Part shown: positions 10,931-17,293 of the stretch, piece after piece
Layout of the letters: each line of letters starts with the position of its first letter
Numbering within the stretch: position 1 is the stretch's first letter
Assembly (NCBI GenBank): GCA_024626585.2
Contig: JANKJI020000004.1
Coordinates: 143,978,614 to 143,995,906 of the forward strand
Reading direction: 5' to 3'
Length of the DNA stretch: 17,293 bases
Source of the DNA: Ginkgo biloba
Lineage: Eukaryota; Plantae; Ginkgophyta
Notes under the pieces: generated by a model
What the model was told of the DNA's origin: nothing
Database searches by the model: none
What the model saw: only the letters and a program-made list of their open reading frames with translations
Program-made: the position numbers and the translations under genes

Positions 10931-13008
10931 GGGTACTATTGACTGGGTTTTGACCTAGTCAACTTGTCTAGTGTCTAAAAATCAGTTTCCTTTCTAGATA
11001 GAGGTAATTAGTTGATAACCAATTTGAAGANNNNNNNNNNNNNNNNNNNNNNNNNNNNNNNAAAGGAAAGTTAGAAAGGCGACACTAGGTAACAAGAAAG
11101 AGAAAACTCATAGAAAAGCACCAAAATCAAGTTTAATGACTAGACCTGAGACTAGGTGGCATTCGATGAGTTTGCAGTTGTCAATTTAGTTTTAAGAAGT
11201 GTTTTTAGTTAAAATACAAGCCTTAGTTTCAGGTGTCGTTTACACAATGCAGGAGCCAGGTGAGTTTTTTAATGATTGTAAGCGGTTACAAATTTAGTTN
11301 NNNNNNNNNNNNNNNNNNNNNNNNNATTTTAATTTTTTTTGCATTACATTGCCATGAATTTAATAGAGAAATATTTTACCGAATACCATCAATTAATTCC
11401 ATAGTTCCGCATGCTTTACAAAATATTAAATAAAATAAAATAAATAAATAAGTAAATAAATGCAAAAGAGTAAAGAGAAACGAACATGGATTAATTAGAC
11501 AGAACCTGTAGACAAGTTTTATAGTTGGCATACTCGCCTCCGCCTCAGCTTGGCCCCAACTCGCTCCATTGACCTCCGAACAAAAGGTAACTTCAGGTTC
11601 CTTTGGCCGATGGACGGTTTTAAAGGAGTTAAAACGAGTAACGATATGTAGACGAGGACTAAAGAGGTGAGTACCAGTAACAATAACGCTGCACAATATA
11701 GTTATTTAAATTGGCTAAAGCAAATGGGAGATAAAGAACACAAACTGGTGAATTAAAAGGTTAAAGCCTTTTTCTGCGAAAGCTCGAGGTCGCGTGAGGA
11801 CTACATGTGACCGAGCACCATAAGTGAAACATAACACCTTTTAATAAATCAAATATTAGACATTAGTCGGTGAACTTAGGAAATCGATATACGGGAGGTA
11901 TGTATGTTCTCTACGGCTCCGAATGCGCTCTCATCGCTGGGCGGCTACTCCCAAATGATTAACCATTCCCGCAAGGCCATAGGTTGATAGTATCTGCTAC
12001 ATTTCTGCTGGGTTACGTGGTGTCAAAAGGAGGCGGCACAGACTAAAGGTTTAATACCAGACGGCATACACTAAACAACGGTTGTGGCGGAAAGAAGCGA
12101 TTCATTTTATTGACATATACCACAATAAGGTTCAGAGAGAAGGTCGCCTAAGGAGTATGCACAACCCACCGCTGATAGAATTGAAACAGAACCCCTTGCA
12201 TGAGTAACAGAACCACTGTGTGATCTATGTCTTCAAAGAGAAATTAGCAATGACCATTGAGACCGATTGGGATGATTAGTAGTCATCTCTAACATCAATT
12301 GGGTAGGTGTTTTATAGATAATGAAACAAGGTATAAGCAAGAATGAATGACCATTCATTACCAATATAACCACCCCAAGATGGGCCACATGGGAACGGTA
12401 AGACGCAGAGAATAGTTTGGGGTTAGCATAACAACCCTGGATTAGCTAGTATAGAGAGTAGTCACTGTAGAAATGCAATGATAGACAGGTATGGAGTTAT
12501 AGCCATAGAATTTGCTTCCGAAAAATAGAACGGAGGTAGAATGAAATAGAAATACCTCAAAGATGGAAGAAGTTCAAATATAAGAGGACCATAACAATTG
12601 TTGCCTACACGTTTCTATGTATTCCTTCCTCTTGCTATGCCCTTCGATCAATTGCCTTTTCTCAATTTTTCCCCAATGATTTTCTCCAACAATTTCTCCC
12701 TTCATAAATTTCCTCCAACCTCTTCTCCAACCATTGGACAAATGAAAATGGCTCCTTTTATGTTTTTTGAAACTCCGCCTGATGCCAACAGAAAAATCGT
12801 TGGGCATGCCAAGAAAGGTGGAGAGAGAATACCCCCCTTGGACCCATGCACCATCCAATGTGACCTTGAGCCTCTAGGAAAAAGGGCTATAGTGGTCAAA
12901 AAGGGGTTTTGCATGATTTTTTANNNNNNNNNNNNNNNNNNNNNNNNNNNNNNNNNNNNNNNNNNNNNNNNNNNNNNNNNNNNNNNNNNNNNNNNNNNNN
13001 NNNNNNNN

Positions 13009-13222
13009 AGAATAACCAATAGTGAGAACGGGTGGGACAAGCCCCCCAACCTTGGGCATATACAAAAAAAAGATGTATATATACATTAAATACAACACCT
13101 CTGCAAATCTCAGTCAACATCAGCTCCATGGGGAGAGATTGACTATGGTCAATCAAAGATCCCAGAACAAATGTAGACATGTGCCTGATCCATTGGGCCA
13201 TGGAGTCAAAAACCCAAATAGT
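13009..13222 (-). mobile_element. Possible 3' end of an L1-type LINE (RNase H-like tail plus 3'UTR)
   Basis: The minus frame WVFDSMAQWIR...SLPMELML resembles the 'VADxLAxW...LP' end of plant L1 ORF2. It is followed by T-rich sequence and a GGGGGGCTTGTCCCACC hairpin. The piece is short and gap-bounded. Confidence 0.3.
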
Positions 13223-13804
13223 NNNNNNNNNNNNNNNNNNNNATGATCAGTGACCTCCGTACTCAACTGAAACAGTGACCTCTAGTGCTATATATCTCAA
13301 GAGCATTCAATCACGGGCAACCTCATAAGACCAGGAGTTCTCTCAATCAAGAGCTAATTCGCTTTGGCAAGACCTGCGCAATGACAAGGCAAGATTTCTA
13401 GCTGCAAACAGGATTGGAAACTGAATATGGAATGCAAGTGATCAACAAAGAGGAATAAAGAGCGATACCATCTGATAAGTCAACCTTTGTCAAAGGTCGA
13501 TAGTCGCGAAGTCAAGACGAGCGAGTTGGAGAAGGTCATATCAACCATAGTAGTGTACCAGATCCTTTCAACACATGATTCAAAAACAACGAGAAAACAA
13601 CCAAAACGACTAAAAAGTAAGCAATAATGAAGAAAAAACATAAAACACGAAAATGGATTAAAACCCTGACAGAAATAAAATGAGCATGTAGCAAACCAAA
13701 AGCGAAAATAACAAGCCAAAAGAGGTGCCACAACAAGCTAGAAAGCAACAGCAAAAAAAAAGATAAATAATGGCAAAGAGAATGGGAACCCTAGCAACAT
13801 GGGA

Positions 13805-13904
13805 NNNNNNNNNNNNNNNNNNNNNNNNNNNNNNNNNNNNNNNNNNNNNNNNNNNNNNNNNNNNNNNNNNNNNNNNNNNNNNNNNNNNNNNNNNNNNNNN
13901 NNNN
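13805..13904. other. 100-N assembly gap (probably unsized join)
   Basis: Exactly 100 N. Confidence 0.9.
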
Positions 13905-15281
13905 ACCAAACACTTATTGATGAAGAAGCATGCCTCTTACTTATTCACTCCTCACTTCATATTTAAGGCTACATGGAAGAAGGGGGAGAAGGTGGATATA
14001 GCACTATTCTTATATGATTTGATGGATTCCAACCTAACTAGGTGGAAACAGGGAAAGGATAAGGAGATAAAGCATCCAGGTGTGATCCAATTGATTATTA
14101 ATTCTTGTTTAAAAGTTCTTACATTTGTTGAACAACGAAAATTTTCACTTGCATCTCAAGAGAAAATGTATTTTCTTGCATCCCAAGTACAGGGAAGTCC
14201 TGAAGGTGAAAGCCATGAGAGAAAAGTAGGTTGTTCTAGAGAAGGAAAGGAAAGTCATAGAGGAATTGGAGGAGTGAAAGTCTTCACTTGTACTTGGTAT
14301 ACAGGTGAGTTTAGAAGCCATCCATGAGAAGAGGAGTCGGTTCCCCATAGATAAAGAAATGGTTGAAGTGCCATCAAGAGAGGAGGAAGGGCATAAAACT
14401 CTATTTGTATCTGAGTCACTAGTAAGGAGGTCAAAGAGGCCGAGGAAGGTTGTCCAGACAACTAAGAAGGGGAAGAAGGAAAATAAGTAAGATTCATGGC
14501 CACCTACACTTGCTATACAGGTAGAAGACATAAGGAACAAGAGGGTATAGTTTATGAAAAAATGCATTCACCTATACCGCCTATGCAAGTGGAAGAGAAT
14601 AAAGAAGTGGAGGGCACGACCCACGAATAAGGTTGTTCACTTGCACCTTCAATACAAGTGAAAAAAGATTAAAAATTAAAGGTTGTGGGCCCTAAACCCT
14701 TGCTTGTGAGTGATGATATAGTCGCTCAATTGTTGATGGAAACGAGAGTACACATGCATTAGTCTATTAATCACCTTTGGTTTAAATAAAATGAGAGGTT
14801 GCAAGTAGAAGTTGACAAATGGAAGCAATAGGTAATATATCTAGAAGAACAAATTGAGGAGCAAGATGCTAGTCTTAGGGATGCAACAAATCAGATTGCA
14901 GACATGTAGATAGAATTGCAGGTGATGAAGGATGTTGAAAAGGATTTGAAAGATAAGTTGACAGATTCTAATTTGCTTAGGAATATAACCCTTATAGAAA
15001 ATAAAAAATTAAAAAGGGTGAATGAAGAATTAAAGTAGCAATTCTAGGAATTAACTAAGGATCCTTTAGGAAATTTTCTTATTAATTAGGAATATCAACA
15101 CTTTCAGGTGAATAAGGATCAATTTATATAGCTGATAAAATCATTAGAAGAATAATATTTGAGGATAAGAAGGCTAATCACTTAGTGGAATGAAATTAAA
15201 AACTCTATGAGTAATTATGAGCATATGGTACAATTAGCCTAGGAGATTCATAGTTAAGAGGAAATGTATGCAGAGTGTTAG
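13905..15281 (+). mobile_element. Decayed accessory (extra) ORF of a probable LTR retrotransposon: conserved N-domain, charged linker and long coiled coil
   Basis: 13905-14110 reads KHLLMKKHASYLFTPHFIFKATWKKGEKVDIALFLYDLMD...IKHPGVIQLIINSCL, like plant transposon-associated extra ORFs. 14799-15281 is one frame, LQVEVDKWKQ*VIYLEEQIEEQDASLRDATNQIADM*IELQVMKDVEKDLKDKL..., with mostly TAG stops at likely Gln positions and no introns. Confidence 0.6.
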
Positions 15282-15419
15282 AATTATAATGAAACTTCTA
15301 GATTAGGGTAACCAAAGTATGTTGATTATTTTGTCATGTCATGTTTTGCGTCTTGAGAGTTGTATCGACTATATAACCATAATTGTAAAATAACTCTATA
15401 TGTACATTTTGTATTAATG

Positions 15420-16321
15420 CAATTCAATTCAAGTTTTTTGTGTTAATCTTCGTATCTATCTCTTACCTTTCAACAATTGGATTTCTGTGCTTTGCAATTT
15501 TTGAACTAGAAAAATGGGATTTACTTATTACAGTAATTATCGGTTTTAAGATTTTTGGCAGGATAGAGACATGCATTTGTGGGGTCCAAATTTTTGGTTT
15601 GCAGCATGCTGCTTCTGCCTCTATTTTTGTTGTAGGCCTCGTCGCTCTAAAACACCATATACACTTTATTAGAATTGTGGTAATTTTTACTACATTTTTT
15701 CCTTGTGTCTGCACATACAGTAGAACATATGTGGTTATCTATACCTTTCTGCAGTAGTGTTATGTATGCCTGTTATAGTATTGATGTGCATCTTTGTCTG
15801 TTTGTGCCTGTATGCATTTGTGCGTTTGCACATCTGATTGTACGTTGATCATATGCACAAATGCATGAGTTTCATATTGAACATCTATTCCGTATTAGTA
15901 TCACATTCTCATGGTTCTGTGCTATGCAATCGTGCTTTATGAAATGTGTTTGTAATAGAGTCGTGGCTCATTGCATTGACCATCTTTTGTTGGATGTGCA
16001 GGCAATGGTTTTCTTTTTCACTTGAACCTGTTGGGAAGTGTGTTTTTCGTATGAAATGTTTTACAGGAGTAATAATATCTCATTGGTGAGGAGTTTCAAC
16101 TTCATTGGATTATGTCTTTAATACATGTTTCTTGGTTTTCTAAAAGTAGCCCAGATAGTGTTTTATTTCTTCCCTTAAAGTAGCTAATGTGTTGTGATGA
16201 TTTTACATGTCACAGTTACAGCGACGAAGGCGTCTTATTACTATTTCAAATGTGTCTCCTCCTAAAGTTGCCTTTGGATTATAAGAAGGGATAGTGCTAG
16301 CCGTAACAGTACGGGTAAAAC
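15420..16321 (+). other. Probable 5'UTR intron (T-rich) and 5'UTR part of the ATG exon; candidate acceptors CAG ending at 16215 or 16221
   Basis: Strong T/GT richness typical of plant introns ends in ...ttttacatgtcacAG ttacAG, about 100 nt before the ATG. No TE coding signal is seen. Confidence 0.5.
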
Positions 16322-16567
16322 ATGGTTGGGGTGCTGAAGACAATAATCACAGAAGTTTCTTTCTTGGCAACAGAGCTACTGTGCTTGATCAAGCTCTTAT
16401 GGCATGTTTGTGGGAGAACTGTCCATCTTATACTGTTGCCATGGTTAAAACTTTTCAAGTTCTTCTTTGGTTTATATCTGAGCAACGGCCGGAGGATGAT
16501 TACATGGGGCTTGACTGCCATTTCTGCCCCTCTGCGACTTCTTAGAGCCTCACGAAGGGAAAAATTT
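16322..16567 (+). CDS. First coding exon (82 codons) of a conserved uncharacterised plant protein with hydrophobic N-terminus followed by a coiled coil (At5g45310-like family, recalled from memory)
   Basis: ATG is in good context (aaaacATGG) with an in-frame TAA at 16316-16318. The frame MVGVLKTIITEVSF...ISAPLRLLRASRREKF ends at a canonical phase-0 donor TTT|GTGAGT (16568) followed by T-rich intron. The C-terminal end resembles the family motif 'LPxRxLxALxRExL' as I recall it; no search was run. Confidence 0.8.
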
Positions 16568-17293
16568 GTGAGTTCATCATTTTATGTTTATATCTTTCAT
16601 GTTGAATTCAGGTCTTCACTTCTGAGGAAAGATCATGTACACTGATTTTAATCAAGCGGTTGTTGACACTTGTATCGATTAATTTAAGATTTATTGGTGG
16701 TATTTTCTTTTTTTCTAGTGTCATTGAGTAGACTGGTATGCTGCAATATCAGTAGTAGATTTTGCTTTTTTTAAGCTACACAATTTCTTTAAAATTCTCT
16801 TGGTTGGTTCTCTAGAATCATATGAAGATATGTTAAACTGGTAGCTGTTGCAACCAAAAAATCAAGAAATGATGACAAAAACTATTTTCAGCTGCAAAGA
16901 TCATTACCCTGCAAAAATATATTTGAACATATAATAATTAATTCTAAGTAGATCCAAGCTTTTTGTATTGCACCTGTGAATTGAAAAATTCCACATCTCA
17001 AATGTATTTTATGGTTTGTGGACAAGATAGAACGATAAGCACTCTAGGGTTGAGCATGCTTGTGATGGGTTGGCACTAGAATTGTTACACGTATTTCTTA
17101 TTATTGACTTGCTGGTTAATGATGATACGGATAATTTTATACTATTCCTTGTTTCTCTAACAAACTAATACAAGCGTAGTAGGCTTACCATTCAAGCAGA
17201 TTAACATTGACTCCTAATTCAAGGGGCTTTATTATGTGGGGGCTATAACCTTATTTCCTTAAGTGTTATGATTGAAGGCTGGCATTTACCTTG
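16568..17293 (+). other. Intron following the ATG exon, running off the window end
   Basis: Starts with GTGAGT, is T-rich, and contains no further coding exon that I can see. Confidence 0.65.

Noticed and set aside
11895-11950. GAGCCGTA on the minus strand resembling group II intron domain V
   Set aside because: The complementary 3' arm (ACGGTTC) and domain VI are not found.
12598-13089. 163-aa ORF, and a possible LTR terminus TGTTGCCTACAC at 12599
   Set aside because: The ORF is pyrimidine-biased low complexity and runs through an N gap. No partner LTR, PBS or target-site duplication is visible.
15440-15757. Hydrophobic 105-aa ORF
   Set aside because: It has a non-ATG start, and its hydrophobicity is explained by T-rich intron composition.
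15812-15866. 12-bp inverted repeat ATGCATTTGTGC / GCACAAATGCAT
   Set aside because: The stem is too short for a plant pre-miRNA, it lies in TGCA-rich intronic sequence, and no MITE target-site duplication is evident.
16568-16645. C-terminal 25 aa of the 107-aa ORF 16322..16645
   Set aside because: This is read-through into the intron past the GTGAGT donor.

Overview
This is AT-rich, CpG-depleted eukaryotic DNA from a large land-plant genome. It looks gymnosperm-like, which is inferred from the retrotransposon protein signatures and long TE-filled introns. Ten N gaps are present, and three are exactly 100 N (1719-1818, 10331-10430, 13805-13904), splitting the window into four blocks whose order and orientation may be arbitrary. 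Most of the sequence is decayed Ty3/gypsy LTR-retrotransposon material: RNase H/integrase (523-1060), gag (1066-1718), protease plus an unknown decayed frame (~6090-7543), an extremely AT-eroded protease-RT-RNase H stretch (~9007-10330), a deleted pol piece (10431-10930) and a coiled-coil accessory ORF (13905-15281). Two intact host exons stand out. One is an ATG-bearing coding exon on + (16322-16567) and the other is a 180-nt coiled-coil exon on - (4604-4783). They join in phase into one protein resembling a conserved uncharacterised plant family, yet they lie on opposite strands and in the wrong order. Mis-oriented scaffolding is the most likely cause, but a real inversion, an inverted paralog or trans-splicing cannot be excluded from sequence alone. 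An unexplained CpG-undepleted island lies at ~11500-12200. There is no evidence for rRNA, tRNA, CRISPR or prokaryotic systems.
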